From an uncultured Planctomycetia bacterium (GTDB lineage Bacteria > Omnitrophota > Gorgyraeia > JABMRG01): a stretch of DNA of 64,000 bases. Location: positions 116,825-180,824 of the forward strand of contig CAZWMG010000001.1 in the NCBI GenBank assembly GCA_964634945.1, in the 5' to 3' direction. Below, one piece after another: positions 29,030 through 39,334 of this stretch (within the stretch, counting starts at the first letter, position 1; each line of letters begins with the position of its first letter). A program made the position numbers and the translations under genes. The notes under the pieces were generated by a model, which was not told the origin of the DNA, ran no database searches, and was given only the letters and a program-made list of their open reading frames with translations.

Positions 29030-29887
29030 TTACTCATTAAGCAGGCCTTGCCTCTTCATGTAAGCCTTTGCGCATGCCTTTGCGATATCTCTCACCCTGC
29101 CGATATAAGCAGCTCGCTCTGTAACACTTATCACTCCTCGCGCATCCAGCATGTTAAAGACATGGGATAATTTTAGCATATATTCATACGCCGGTAAAAT
29201 AAGTTCATCTTTAATTAAGCGCTGTGACTCTCTTTCATACATATCAAAAAGGGATGTCGCCATTTTCGGATCAAGTGCCTCAAAGTTATACTCTGAAGAT
29301 TCCTTTTCTCCCTCCGTATGAAGCTGTCCGTAAGTTGTATCTTTATTCCATTGGAGATCAAACGCGTTATCCTTATCCTGTAAAAACATGGCTATTCGCT
29401 CCAAACCATAGGTTATTTCACATGGAATAACCTTAAGCTCAAACCCTCCTACCTGTTGAAAGTATGTAAATTGCGTAATCTCAAGACTGTCAAGCCACAC
29501 CTCCCAACCTAGCCCACTCGCACCAAGCGTAGGAGATTCCCAATCGTCCTCTACAAAACGTATATCATGCGCTTTTGGGTTTATTCCTATTGCCTTGAGA
29601 CTTCTAATGTAGAGATCCTGAACATCCTTTGGCGCGGGCTTAACAATAACCTGGTACTGATAATATCGTTGCATCCTAAGCGGGTTATCAGCATATCTGC
29701 CATCCGCTGGCCTACGCGAAGGCTGAACATACCCAACCTTCCATGGCTTATTATCGAGGCACTTAAAAAAAGTTAGGGGATGAAACGTGCCTGCGCCGAC
29801 TTCAACATCATAGCCTGACGCTATGACAGCGCCTTCAGCGTTCCAAAATTTATTCAGCCTCTCTATTATGTCCTGAAAATATATCAT
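29030..29887 (-). CDS. glyQ: glycine--tRNA ligase alpha subunit
   Basis: [37 protein letters not shown], highly conserved GlyQ N-terminus. Confidence 0.9.
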   Translation of the reverse strand: MIYFQDIIERLNKFWNAEGAVIASGYDVEVGAGTFHPLTFFKCLDNKPWKVGYVQPSRRPADGRYADNPLRMQRYYQYQVIVKPAPKDVQDLYIRSLKAIGINPKAHDIRFVEDDWESPTLGASGLGWEVWLDSLEITQFTYFQQVGGFELKVIPCEITYGLERIAMFLQDKDNAFDLQWNKDTTYGQLHTEGEKESSEYNFEALDPKMATSLFDMYERESQRLIKDELILPAYEYMLKLSHVFNMLDARGVISVTERAAYIGRVRDIAKACAKAYMKRQGLLNE

Positions 29888-30633
29888 AGTGTAATCTGCC
29901 TCATAAAATCAGTTGTTTTTAAATGCTCGCCAAGGTGATAAGCAATAAGCTTCTCGAGCAACCTGTTGAGTTCCATAGAAATAGAATTTGCTATCATCAG
30001 ACTGCGCAATTTCTCTCTTCTTTGCCGTATAATCATATTTACCGAAGAGATTGCCCCTCTTGATATAGGACTTGCCTGCATATCAGCGTCACGGCAGCCA
30101 GCGCACAAGAGCCCGGAAAGCCTAAAGCTAAAACATGCGTCCTTAACAATCCTGCCGGAACAATTAACGCAAGTCTCAAAGTGCGGCAAAAAACCCGCAT
30201 TATCAAGCAATTTCAATTGAAATATTATAATGGCCCTATCAATAAACCTCTCATTCGAAAAAAAATCTAATATCCATTCGAGTAACTGGTATAACGCAAT
30301 GGATTTATCCGCAAGAGGCGTGAATTTATCTACCAGCTCGACTACGTAAAAAGCTTTGACTCTTTTATCTAGATCCTCTGCGATCGTTAAATAAGGATCT
30401 ATTAGATCACACTGGGTTATCATAAAAACATCTGACTTACGCTTATCATAGAATACTATATCATATTTAGCGAATTCATGTAAGTATGACCCCATTATAG
30501 CCTGCGGTCCACGTATACCTTTTATGACTCCTTTTATCTTGCCGAAATCCTTTGCGTAAAACTGCACCATAGAGCTTGTTTCTCTCAGCTCTCTCTTTGA
30601 AAGTAATATCGCTTCGGATTTCTGTATCGCCAC
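29884..30633 (-). CDS. recO: DNA repair protein RecO
   Basis: OB-fold N-terminus and zinc motif CVNCSG...CAGC. Conserved recO-glyQ-glyS synteny. Confidence 0.65.
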   Translation of the reverse strand: MAIQKSEAILLSKRELRETSSMVQFYAKDFGKIKGVIKGIRGPQAIMGSYLHEFAKYDIVFYDKRKSDVFMITQCDLIDPYLTIAEDLDKRVKAFYVVELVDKFTPLADKSIALYQLLEWILDFFSNERFIDRAIIIFQLKLLDNAGFLPHFETCVNCSGRIVKDACFSFRLSGLLCAGCRDADMQASPISRGAISSVNMIIRQRREKLRSLMIANSISMELNRLLEKLIAYHLGEHLKTTDFMRQITL

Positions 30634-31292
30634 TACCGAATACTCTCTTTTGTTTCTGAATTTGACGGCGGAGTAATAGAGCCTGCTGATATTACCACTT
30701 TAAACGCCTCTTCCACGCTTAATGATAAAGGCTTTACCTCATTTTTATTCAAGAGCACAAATAATCCGCTAGTAGGATTAGGCGTTGTCGGTATATATAC
30801 ACTTATCAGATCCTGGTCTCCCGCGGAATCCTGTAAGCCACCTTTTGCCTCAGATGTAATAAAACCTATCGTGTAGATACCTTTGCTCGGATACTCTGCC
30901 AGTATAACCTTTTTAAAGCTTGACTTTCTTTTGGAAAAAAGTGCGTTGCTTATCTCTTTTAAGGCGCCGTATACTTTATTGACCATAGGGAGCTTATATA
31001 AAAAACTCTCAAAAAACGAAAATGTTCTCCTTACAATGATAACTCTGGTCATGAGGCCTATCAATATAATAATTATCATAGCTGCCGCAAAGACAACTAC
31101 CTTGGCGAGAAACAGTCTTTGCTGTTCCTGCAATAAATATGGTTTTAAACGTATCGCCAAAGGGTTAAGCATTATGCTGTTTAAGCTTACGACTAAGAAA
31201 CGGATTATAAATGCTGTAATAGTTATCGGCAATATAACCACTATACCCGCTAAAAAGTTATCTCTTAAGAACTTCGCTATCTTTTTAATCAT
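30633..31292 (-). CDS. DUF502 family membrane protein
   Basis: N-terminal double TM with GIVVILPITITAFI pattern typical of DUF502. Confidence 0.45.
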   Translation of the reverse strand: MIKKIAKFLRDNFLAGIVVILPITITAFIIRFLVVSLNSIMLNPLAIRLKPYLLQEQQRLFLAKVVVFAAAMIIIILIGLMTRVIIVRRTFSFFESFLYKLPMVNKVYGALKEISNALFSKRKSSFKKVILAEYPSKGIYTIGFITSEAKGGLQDSAGDQDLISVYIPTTPNPTSGLFVLLNKNEVKPLSLSVEEAFKVVISAGSITPPSNSETKESIR

Positions 31293-31342
31293 CTTCTTCC
31301 TGCCTTTTTTAAATATTAGTTTTGCTAATTATTCATTCTAAA

Positions 31343-32059
31343 CTAACCCACGATTAAGCGATATATAACCAAAGTCATAAAACAGCCAAGAACAGAACCG
31401 GCGATTACTTCCCATACCGTATGATAATTACGGCTTATCCTACTCTGCGCTATCATAAAAGCTAAAACAAAGACCGCGCATATAACAAGTAAATTATGCG
31501 TAAGTAAGGATATCAGCATCCAGACAGAAAAAGCAACAGCGGAATGCCCGCTCGGCATACCGCCTCTTAAAGGCTTGCCCCTATGAAATAACGCCTTAGA
31601 CATTATAACAACACCAAGAAGAACAATTAAAATAAGAAACGATATATGCCAATCCGATTGGCTTAACTTAAAAAACTCACGCTTGAATACAACGGAAAAA
31701 ATGTTATCCCTAAAAAAAAGAAAGTAACCTACAATAACAGCATTTATAGACGCTACAAGTACGGCACCTGCGGTAACATCTTTTACCACTTTGACCCAGC
31801 TCGAATGTGAGATCTCAACATAATCCATAACAATCTCTATGGACGTATTTATCATCTCTATGATAAGCACACTGCTGCAGGTCAGCAGAAGCATGATTAG
31901 CTCTGTCCTAGTAAAATCAAGATATATACCAAAGATCAAAACAAGTAACGCAAGCAAAAAATGTATGCGCATATTACGCTGTGTCTTTATGACAAAGAGA
32001 AAACCTTCTATCGCAGCATTAAAGCTGTCTACCAGATTATGCTTATTCTTTACCCGCAT
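31343..32059 (-). CDS. dgkA: fused diacylglycerol kinase (DgkA) / PAP2 phosphatase
   Basis: N-terminal DgkA motifs (NAAIEGF, EMINTSIE). C-terminal PAP2 motifs KALFHRGKP, PSGH, SRISRNYH. Confidence 0.6.
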   Translation of the reverse strand: MRVKNKHNLVDSFNAAIEGFLFVIKTQRNMRIHFLLALLVLIFGIYLDFTRTELIMLLLTCSSVLIIEMINTSIEIVMDYVEISHSSWVKVVKDVTAGAVLVASINAVIVGYFLFFRDNIFSVVFKREFFKLSQSDWHISFLILIVLLGVVIMSKALFHRGKPLRGGMPSGHSAVAFSVWMLISLLTHNLLVICAVFVLAFMIAQSRISRNYHTVWEVIAGSVLGCFMTLVIYRLIVG

Positions 32060-32487
32060 ATCCTTTTTAATATCTCCTGCTCCTTTTTTCGCATCTTAAG
32101 CGCAGACCTAGAAGACGTATCATCATAGCCCAATAGATGCAATATGCCATGTATAATATAAAGTGACAATTCAATAAAAAAAGTATTTCCGTAACGTCTG
32201 GCATTCTCAAATGCTTCAGAGGGGCAAATTAAGATGTCGCCTAGATAGCCCTTGTGTATATCGCTGGTCATGGAATCATCATAGCCTAAGGCTATAACAT
32301 CCGTTACGCGATCCTTACAAAAATACCTGCTGTTTGCTTTTTTAATTCTGTATCTTGTAACAAAACTTAAAGCTACCTGTGTCTCTTCGGGCTGCCCAAG
32401 AGCTTGAAGCGCCTTAAAAGAGATAAGCTCGATCTTTTTTTTATTAAGCTTAATCTTTTTTTGAGCGTCTGTTATTATTATTCTCAT
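32050..32487 (-). CDS. ybeY: endoribonuclease YbeY
   Basis: HGILHLLGYDD (H-x3-H-x5-H zinc motif). Confidence 0.8.
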   Translation of the reverse strand: MRIIITDAQKKIKLNKKKIELISFKALQALGQPEETQVALSFVTRYRIKKANSRYFCKDRVTDVIALGYDDSMTSDIHKGYLGDILICPSEAFENARRYGNTFFIELSLYIIHGILHLLGYDDTSSRSALKMRKKEQEILKRICG

Positions 32488-34732
32488 ATTTTTTAAGCTT
32501 ACTATCAGGATACTCTATGCGTGAATGATAGGTAGCCGTAAGAACCCTTACAAAACTTTCGGCGATTTTATCAATATCTCTAAGCGTAAGATTGCATTCA
32601 TCAAGCTGACGATCGATAAATTTATTATTAACAATTTTCCGCACTAACTCCTTGAAATGTTGTGGTGTTGGATTCTGTAAAACACGCGAAGCGGCCTCCG
32701 CGGAATCCGCCAACATGACTATTGCCGATTCTTTCGTCTGCGGTTTGGGGCCGGCATATCTAAATGCCTCCTTACTGATAGATTCATCCTGACGCCTCTT
32801 TTCGAGCGCCTGATGATAAAAATACGTTACAACGCTGGCGCCATGGTGTTGTTGTATTATATCTTTTATGGAATTGCCTAGTTTATATTTCTCCGCAAGC
32901 TCAACACCATCTTTGACATGGTTAGTTATGACAAGCGAACTCATTGACGGAGAAAGTCCTTTATGCATATCCTTAAGTTCCTTCTTATTCTCAGCAAAAT
33001 ATTCTCCTTTTTCAATCTTACCGATATCATGGTAGTATGAGCTTATGCGGCAAAGGAGTGAGTTCGCGCCAATAGCATTTGCGGCGGTTTCAGCAAGGTT
33101 TCCAACAATTATACTATGGTGGTATGTGCCAGGAGCCTTGGTTACCATATCCCTTAATAAGGGGTGATTCAAATCAGCGAGTTCAAGCAATTTTATATCC
33201 GTAGTAAGCTTAAATAGATACTCCAACACAGGAAGAAATATCATTACAATCGCCGCTGAGACAATACCATTGGCGATACCCCACAGGCCTTGCTTTAGGA
33301 ATATATTAGGTTCAAAATTGGATATTATTCCTATGGCTGAGATAGCTATAAAATTAATTACCCCAACATAGAGCCCTGATCTTATAATATGGCTGCGTGA
33401 CCTCGCGTTAAAAATAGTACAGATTGCGAAGATGCCTCCAATCATGGAGACAAAGAATATGCTGAATTTTATACCAGCTATCAAGGTTACTATTACAGCG
33501 GCAACAACAACCACAATCGCCGCTACCCTACCATTTACAAGCAGCGTAATAAGCATAGAGACTACAGCAACAGGTATAAAATAACTAGGCAGTGGGGAAG
33601 AGACTATGAGACGCGCGGATAAGGCTACAAAGACTATCAACAAGCTCATCAATAACAAAAGCTTATCTTGTGAAAATATGCAACGCTCAAATTTTTTCAG
33701 ATAAATATATAGTATAAATATCAATAAACACATAAGAGTAACCATGCCCCAAAATTGGGAGAAGTTATCACTTGCGGCAGCCATAGTACTGACTACATCA
33801 ATCTGGGCAATGTGCTCTTTAGCGATCCTCTGTCCTCTTCTCACAACTATCTCGCCCTTCGACCTAGATTCTGTAATATAGATAGGCGTAACCGCGGAAA
33901 TGGCATCGCGTTTCGCGGAATTTGTCTCATCCTGGTTAAGCGCAAGGTTAGGTTTTACCCAATTCGAAATAAGCTTGTACAGGACATTTACCTGCTTTTT
34001 CCCTTGCATGCCATCGCTTAAGAGCAAAGGCTCTATCTTATCAAGTATGGACCCATCGGTACTTATGCTAGCTACCTTCTCATCACTCTTTTTTCTAGTA
34101 AGCCTATTGTATATTATAATATGTTCGCTTCCCTCTACGCGTAGAGCCTTTTTCATCTCTTGCGAAATAATAGGGTACGAATATATTGTCTGCAATGTCT
34201 CTAAGGCATATGACTGAAGTTTAGGCGTCTTACCTGACCCTAATAATATATCTGTCTCGTCCTTGTCAAGGTTTTCCTTAATCTTATTAAGCAACTGCTC
34301 CAGTTCGGCTGTATCATGTTCTTCTTCCGTAACAGATACCAGTTTTCTATAAGAGTCTAGGAGTATAAAAAATTCCTTTGCCTCTGACTCAGCGGATTTA
34401 AGCACCTTGTCATCAATGCTATATACAGGAATTATCTTAGCTTCAGCCGCGTCCTGATATGCCTTTGTCTTCTCTTCATCGACTCCTGATTGGTACTGAA
34501 AATCAAACGGGGCATATATATCCGCTACCGCGATATCGCCCTCATTAAGAGCTCTCCTGATAGGAAGTTTTGCGGAATACATAATACATATAATGATAAA
34601 GACGATAAAAACAGCGATCAGGACTCTTTTTATGGCCTTTGAAACCATCTGCTGTTTTTGCTGTTGTCCTGTATTTAATGAATTACCTAAATTTCTGATC
34701 CTAAATAATGCTTTTTTTATAAGTGGGGTCAT
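32450..34732 (-). CDS. pgpH: 7TM-HD (HDIG) membrane phosphohydrolase, PgpH/YqfF-like
   Basis: N-terminal extracellular region, 7 TM helices, C-terminal HD domain (HHSIIVGN...YHDIGK). Conserved pgpH-ybeY-dgkA order. Confidence 0.75.
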   Translation of the reverse strand: MTPLIKKALFRIRNLGNSLNTGQQQKQQMVSKAIKRVLIAVFIVFIIICIMYSAKLPIRRALNEGDIAVADIYAPFDFQYQSGVDEEKTKAYQDAAEAKIIPVYSIDDKVLKSAESEAKEFFILLDSYRKLVSVTEEEHDTAELEQLLNKIKENLDKDETDILLGSGKTPKLQSYALETLQTIYSYPIISQEMKKALRVEGSEHIIIYNRLTRKKSDEKVASISTDGSILDKIEPLLLSDGMQGKKQVNVLYKLISNWVKPNLALNQDETNSAKRDAISAVTPIYITESRSKGEIVVRRGQRIAKEHIAQIDVVSTMAAASDNFSQFWGMVTLMCLLIFILYIYLKKFERCIFSQDKLLLLMSLLIVFVALSARLIVSSPLPSYFIPVAVVSMLITLLVNGRVAAIVVVVAAVIVTLIAGIKFSIFFVSMIGGIFAICTIFNARSRSHIIRSGLYVGVINFIAISAIGIISNFEPNIFLKQGLWGIANGIVSAAIVMIFLPVLEYLFKLTTDIKLLELADLNHPLLRDMVTKAPGTYHHSIIVGNLAETAANAIGANSLLCRISSYYHDIGKIEKGEYFAENKKELKDMHKGLSPSMSSLVITNHVKDGVELAEKYKLGNSIKDIIQQHHGASVVTYFYHQALEKRRQDESISKEAFRYAGPKPQTKESAIVMLADSAEAASRVLQNPTPQHFKELVRKIVNNKFIDRQLDECNLTLRDIDKIAESFVRVLTATYHSRIEYPDSKLKKYENNNNRRSKKD

Positions 34733-34819
34733 CTTTTACGCCTAACTCCTTGTATGCTTTTTAAATAACATAGTCCCTATACCATTTCGAAAAAAGTGAG
34801 AAATCTTAGCCAACAAAAT

Positions 34820-35030
34820 TAGATCCTTCGTCGCGCCACTTTCAGTGGCGGAACTCAGGGTAAATTCGCTTATGTCATTCTGGTCACGTAATGCCGCCTG
34901 CCCGCCTACGGCGGGAAGAATCTAAGTCTGAATCCTTCGGATACTTTGTATCCTCAGGATAAATTCGCACTTATAAGTTACGTCGCTAAAGCTCCCTGCC
35001 TCGCCGGCAGGCGGGCGTAACTTATGTGCT
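34820..35030. repeat. tandem degenerate ~105-bp duplication containing GC-rich hairpins in an AT-rich intergenic region
   Basis: Unit 1 34820-34924 and unit 2 34925-35030 share ATCCTTCG, CAGG(G/A)TAAATTCGC(TT/AC)TAT and GCCTGCC...GGCGGG blocks. Hairpins cgcgccact-ttc-agtggcg and gcccgcc-tac-ggcggg. Confidence 0.6.
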
Positions 35031-35033
35031 CAT

Positions 35034-35699
35034 TTATTTGATATATTTTGATTCCGCTTCCTCAAGATCCGGTATAATTAGAACCGTTCCGGGCAATACA
35101 GTGCTGGGGTCTTTAAGTTTATCAGCGTTTGCCTCATATATAACTGTCCATTTGGATGCCTTATCATAAAAAGCTTTGGCAATATGTGAAAGCGTATCAC
35201 CTCTCTTAACCGTATACTCCTTGTATGCAGGGCGAATGGCCTCTTCTTCATATAATACTACTTCATCATCGCTGACAACCTCTGCCTCGACCTCTTCATA
35301 CTCATAGGCCATCACCGCATCGGTTGTTATATTGTCATATACAGGCAGGTCTTGCTCATTAACATTACTGGTGCTGGTCAGATAGCCCTGATTTCCTGTC
35401 ATATCAGTGTCGCTTGTAATTCTTTTGCGGGCTGGCGGCTTTGGCTTACTATCCTCTTTCGCAGGCTTGGCATGGATCTCTTCCCATGTAGGTAATTCAA
35501 TTTTTATATCAATATATTCTCTGTCAGCAGGCCTTGGCTCTTGAGCAGTATCGCCACTATTGCCTGTCAGATAACCCTGGTTGCCGGATACATTCTGGTC
35601 AACCCTCTCTCTGACAACCTTCTTTACGGTAACGCAACCTGTGAGCGATATTGAAGCTACCGCTACCAACAATACGATAATGTTTCTTTTCATCTGCAA
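35034..35699 (-). CDS. LysM domain lipoprotein
   Basis: Lipobox SLTGCVT. Internal duplicated GNQGYLT motif. C-terminal LysM (YTVKRGDTLSHIAKAFY...LPGTVLIIP). Confidence 0.6.
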   Translation of the reverse strand: MQMKRNIIVLLVAVASISLTGCVTVKKVVRERVDQNVSGNQGYLTGNSGDTAQEPRPADREYIDIKIELPTWEEIHAKPAKEDSKPKPPARKRITSDTDMTGNQGYLTSTSNVNEQDLPVYDNITTDAVMAYEYEEVEAEVVSDDEVVLYEEEAIRPAYKEYTVKRGDTLSHIAKAFYDKASKWTVIYEANADKLKDPSTVLPGTVLIIPDLEEAESKYIK

Positions 35700-35718
35700 C
35701 CTCCTGTTTCTATTGTTC

Positions 35719-37476
35719 TCATTCTTTTATTTTCAGCCCTAATTCATTCAGCTGCCTCTCTGAGATAAGAGACGGCGCCTGGGTCAAAGGGGATATCGCT
35801 CTTTGTGTCTTAGGAAAAGCTATTACCTCTCTGATAGAACCACACCCACACAATATTGCCACAAGCCTATCCAGGCCAGCAGCAAAGCCACCATGTGGTG
35901 GCGCACCATAGCTGAGCGCCTTTGTTAAAAAACCAAACCTCTCCTGGGCCTCCTTATTATCAATGCCGATCGTGTCAAATATTTTCGCCTGTATATCCTT
36001 GCTGTGTATTCTGATGCTTCCGCTTCCAAGCTCAACACCATTTAGCACAAGGTCATAAGAACGCGATCTTATCTTACCCGGGTCTGTTGAGAAATATTGC
36101 ATATCTTCATCGCACGGAGCTGTAAAAGGATGGTGCTCAGAGTCCCATCTCTTCTCTTCCTGGTTATACTTAAACAACGGGAAATCATTTACCCACAGAA
36201 AGTCCAATTTTGTATCATCTATTAAACCTTCATCTTGAGCGAGTTTAGTACGCAATTTAGACAGGGCGTCATTGCATAATAGCTTATCTGATGCTGCAAA
36301 AAAGATATAGTCACCCTCTGCCGCGTTAGCTTTCTTTACGATAATCGCCTGCTCTTGGGCTGAAAAAAACTTTGCTACAGGCCCTTCCGGGCCTTTTGCG
36401 CCCATCTTGATATAAGCAAGACCCTTAAGTCCTGTGGATTTCGCGAATTCAGTCAGGGCATCTATTCTACTTCGTGGCATATCCTTAGGTTTCTTTAGAT
36501 TAATAGCCTTGACTATACCATCGTTAGCGATTACATCGCTAAAGACCTTAAATCCGCATTCCTTTAATTCATCTGTAAAATCTATAAGCTCCAATGCATA
36601 TCTTCTATCGGGCTTATCACAGCCAAACCTTGCCATAGCGTCATGGTGGCTCAAAACATCAAAAGGCATCTTCATATCGATCTTAAGAGTCTCTTTAAGT
36701 ATCCTCTGCATTACCTCTTCTATCAATGAAAATATATCTTTTTCATCTACAAATGATAGCTCGATATCCAATTGCGTGAATTCTGGCTGTCGGTCCGCGC
36801 GCAAGTCTTCATCCCTAAAGCACTTTGCTATCTGAAAATACTTATCAATGCCACTAATCATCAGTATCTGCTTAAAAAGCTGCGGGGATTGTGGAAGAGC
36901 AAAGAATTTACCGATATTTACGCGGCTTGGCACGAGATAGTCGCGCGCGCCCTCAGGCGTTGACTTTGTAAGAATAGGGGTCTCGACCTCGATAAATCCT
37001 TTTTCATCAAAATAATCTCTCATGACCTTGCATACCCTGTGACGCAATAAAAGGTTCTTCTGCATCTTGGGCCGCCTCAAGTCAAGATAGCGATAAGCAT
37101 AGCGAACATCCTCTGAGATATCAGCGTCATCCGCGATCTCAAAAACAGGGGGTTGGGAAGTATTCAAAATGACAAGCTCTGAAACGACAACCTCAATCTC
37201 ACCGGTTGGTATTTTCTTATTCATTGTGCCTTCAGGCCGCATCCGCACCTTACCTTTCACCTGAACAACATATTCATCTCTTAATGCCTCTGCCTCTTTA
37301 TGCAAGGCATTGTCAATCTCAGGATTGAATACAACCTGAGTTATGCCTTCTCTGTCTCTTAGATCGATAAAGATAAGATTTCCATGGTCTCTGCGCGTTG
37401 CTACCCAGCCAGCCAATACTATATCGTTATCGAGATCCTTACTACTAAGTTCACCGCATGTATGTGTTCTTAACAT
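35719..37476 (-). CDS. aspS: aspartate--tRNA ligase
   Basis: 585 aa. N-terminal OB anticodon-binding domain, class II motifs (FRDEDLRADRQPEFTQLD, GGFAAGLDRL). Confidence 0.9.
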   Translation of the reverse strand: MLRTHTCGELSSKDLDNDIVLAGWVATRRDHGNLIFIDLRDREGITQVVFNPEIDNALHKEAEALRDEYVVQVKGKVRMRPEGTMNKKIPTGEIEVVVSELVILNTSQPPVFEIADDADISEDVRYAYRYLDLRRPKMQKNLLLRHRVCKVMRDYFDEKGFIEVETPILTKSTPEGARDYLVPSRVNIGKFFALPQSPQLFKQILMISGIDKYFQIAKCFRDEDLRADRQPEFTQLDIELSFVDEKDIFSLIEEVMQRILKETLKIDMKMPFDVLSHHDAMARFGCDKPDRRYALELIDFTDELKECGFKVFSDVIANDGIVKAINLKKPKDMPRSRIDALTEFAKSTGLKGLAYIKMGAKGPEGPVAKFFSAQEQAIIVKKANAAEGDYIFFAASDKLLCNDALSKLRTKLAQDEGLIDDTKLDFLWVNDFPLFKYNQEEKRWDSEHHPFTAPCDEDMQYFSTDPGKIRSRSYDLVLNGVELGSGSIRIHSKDIQAKIFDTIGIDNKEAQERFGFLTKALSYGAPPHGGFAAGLDRLVAILCGCGSIREVIAFPKTQRAISPLTQAPSLISERQLNELGLKIKE

Positions 37477-37574
37477 TATTTATCCTTTATCCCTAGTTTA
37501 TAAATATTAAAGCATTAAGTAGTAAGTTGTAAGTTATAAGAATTGAGTTCTACTTAAATTATACTACGTAATCC

Positions 37575-38843
37575 TTAATTCTTAATACTTAATTCTTTTT
37601 CAACTTCTTCAACAATATTATCCAACCTGACTTCTGCCTGCGACCCATCACTCATATTCTTCAAGCTCGCCTTACCTTGCTTAAGTTCATCCTCACCTAT
37701 TATGAGCACATATTCTGCTTTTACCCTATCGGCATATCGCATCTGAGCTTTCAAGGATTTATTCTGATAATCAATATCTGATGAGATATCCGCGCGCCTA
37801 AGCTTGTATAAGATATCGAAACCGACTCCATATGCCTGCTCACCTATAGTAATAACAAAAACCGACACCCCTTTATTAAGCGCGCTAGGGGGCTTTACCT
37901 CCGATAATAACCGTATGATCCTTTCCAGCCCTATCGCAAAACCTATAGCGCCCTGTTTTGGGCCGCCCAGATCTGAAACAAGGTTATCATATCGTCCACC
38001 AGCCGCAATTGCGTCTTGAGCGCCAAGTGAACTTGCTGAGACCTCAAAGACTAAACCGGTATAATAGTCTAACCCCCTAACCAATGTGTCCATTACCCTA
38101 AATTCTACACCATTGGACTCAAGTATCTCCTGTAGAGATGAAAAGTCTTTCTCGCAGTCTTGACACAATATACCTTTGATCGAAATAGCCTTAACCACTT
38201 TTTTACAACCATCACATTTACAATCAAGTACGCGCAATATATTAGTATCGTATCGCGTCTTACAATCATCGCAGAGTTCAGATATCCTATTTTTTAATTC
38301 TTTTTTTAATATATTGGTTATGTTGGATTTATCTTTTTCGCAACCTAATGAGTTTATATAAAAACTATATTTGGCTAATCCCAACTTTCTTAGGAGGTTA
38401 TCAAGTAATATTATGGTCTCAGCGTCAAGATAGGTTGAGCATGAGCCTATCGCCTCAACCCCAATCTGGTTAAACTGCCTGAATCTACCGGCCTGAGGCC
38501 TCTCGCTTCGAAACATCGGACCCATATAGTAAAGCTTTACAAAACCCTCTGTATTATCAAGCCTATTTTCAATATAAGCCCTTACTACAGAAGCTGTCTC
38601 CTCAGGACGGAGAGATATATCGCGATTGCCCTGATCCAGAAATGAATACATCTGTTTCTTTACAATATCTGTCTCTTGTCCTACGCTACGCGTAAAAAGG
38701 CGCGTCTCTTCTATGATCGGTGTACGTATCTCCTTATAGCCATACGAAGAAAAGACCTGGCGTGATATTCGCTCCACTGACTGCCACAAGCCAGATTCTG
38801 TCGGCAGGATATCCTGTGTCCCTTTTAATCTCTTAATATTCAT
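37575..38843 (-). CDS. hisS: histidine--tRNA ligase (with Cys-rich insertion)
   Basis: Class II HisRS motifs (RYADRVKAEYVLIIGEDE in the C-terminal anticodon-binding domain, GGRYD). The insertion carries CDDC...CKCDGC...CQDC. Confidence 0.85.
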   Translation of the reverse strand: MNIKRLKGTQDILPTESGLWQSVERISRQVFSSYGYKEIRTPIIEETRLFTRSVGQETDIVKKQMYSFLDQGNRDISLRPEETASVVRAYIENRLDNTEGFVKLYYMGPMFRSERPQAGRFRQFNQIGVEAIGSCSTYLDAETIILLDNLLRKLGLAKYSFYINSLGCEKDKSNITNILKKELKNRISELCDDCKTRYDTNILRVLDCKCDGCKKVVKAISIKGILCQDCEKDFSSLQEILESNGVEFRVMDTLVRGLDYYTGLVFEVSASSLGAQDAIAAGGRYDNLVSDLGGPKQGAIGFAIGLERIIRLLSEVKPPSALNKGVSVFVITIGEQAYGVGFDILYKLRRADISSDIDYQNKSLKAQMRYADRVKAEYVLIIGEDELKQGKASLKNMSDGSQAEVRLDNIVEEVEKELSIKN

Positions 38844-38981
38844 AATTTAGTCATACCTTACCGTTGTAACATAATTTATAGCATTGTTCTGTTACTCATC
38901 ATGCATATTGGGTATTGCAATAAGAATTAAACGCAATACGCGCTACGCACAACACAATACGAAATTCATTGCATAAAGCGT

Positions 38982-39254
38982 CTATCGCACGCTCTGTTTC
39001 ATTACAAGACCCGGCTTAAACGTAACAACTTTCTTAGGTGGCACTGAAACAGTCTCGCCCGTTCTAGGGTTTCTACCAGTACGCGCCTTGCGCTCTTTTA
39101 CCTTAAAAACACCGAAATTTCTAAGCTCAAGGGTCTCACCCTTTGCCAGCGATTCTATCATCGCGTCAATAGTTTTCTGGACGACCTCTTTTACTACGAT
39201 CTGTTTAATACCTGTCTCATCTGCGATTTTTATTGCTATCTCTTTTTTTGTCAT
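38982..39254 (-). CDS. hup: HU/IHF family DNA-binding protein
   Basis: 90 aa. Arm motif RNPRTGE...V..P..K. Confidence 0.8.
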   Translation of the reverse strand: MTKKEIAIKIADETGIKQIVVKEVVQKTIDAMIESLAKGETLELRNFGVFKVKERKARTGRNPRTGETVSVPPKKVVTFKPGLVMKQSVR

Positions 39255-39334
39255 ATATATTCTCCTATCTCTTAACTGTTTTAATATTGAAATTTTGTGG
39301 TGGTTTCTAGGCGCGGAGTATTCTTTTTATACAT

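Noticed and set aside
34820-35030. Possibility that the tandem repeats here, or those at 48826..48950, are a CRISPR array
   Set aside because: Only two copies each, the units are degenerate (not exact), there is no regular repeat-spacer periodicity, and no cas genes are in the window.
37477-37574. AT-rich short repeats (TAAGTTGTAAGTTATAAG, CTTAATTCTTAATACTTAATTC) between aspS and hisS
   Set aside because: Low-complexity AT-rich slippage-type repeats in a short intergenic spacer. No defined structure or conserved motif was recognisable.
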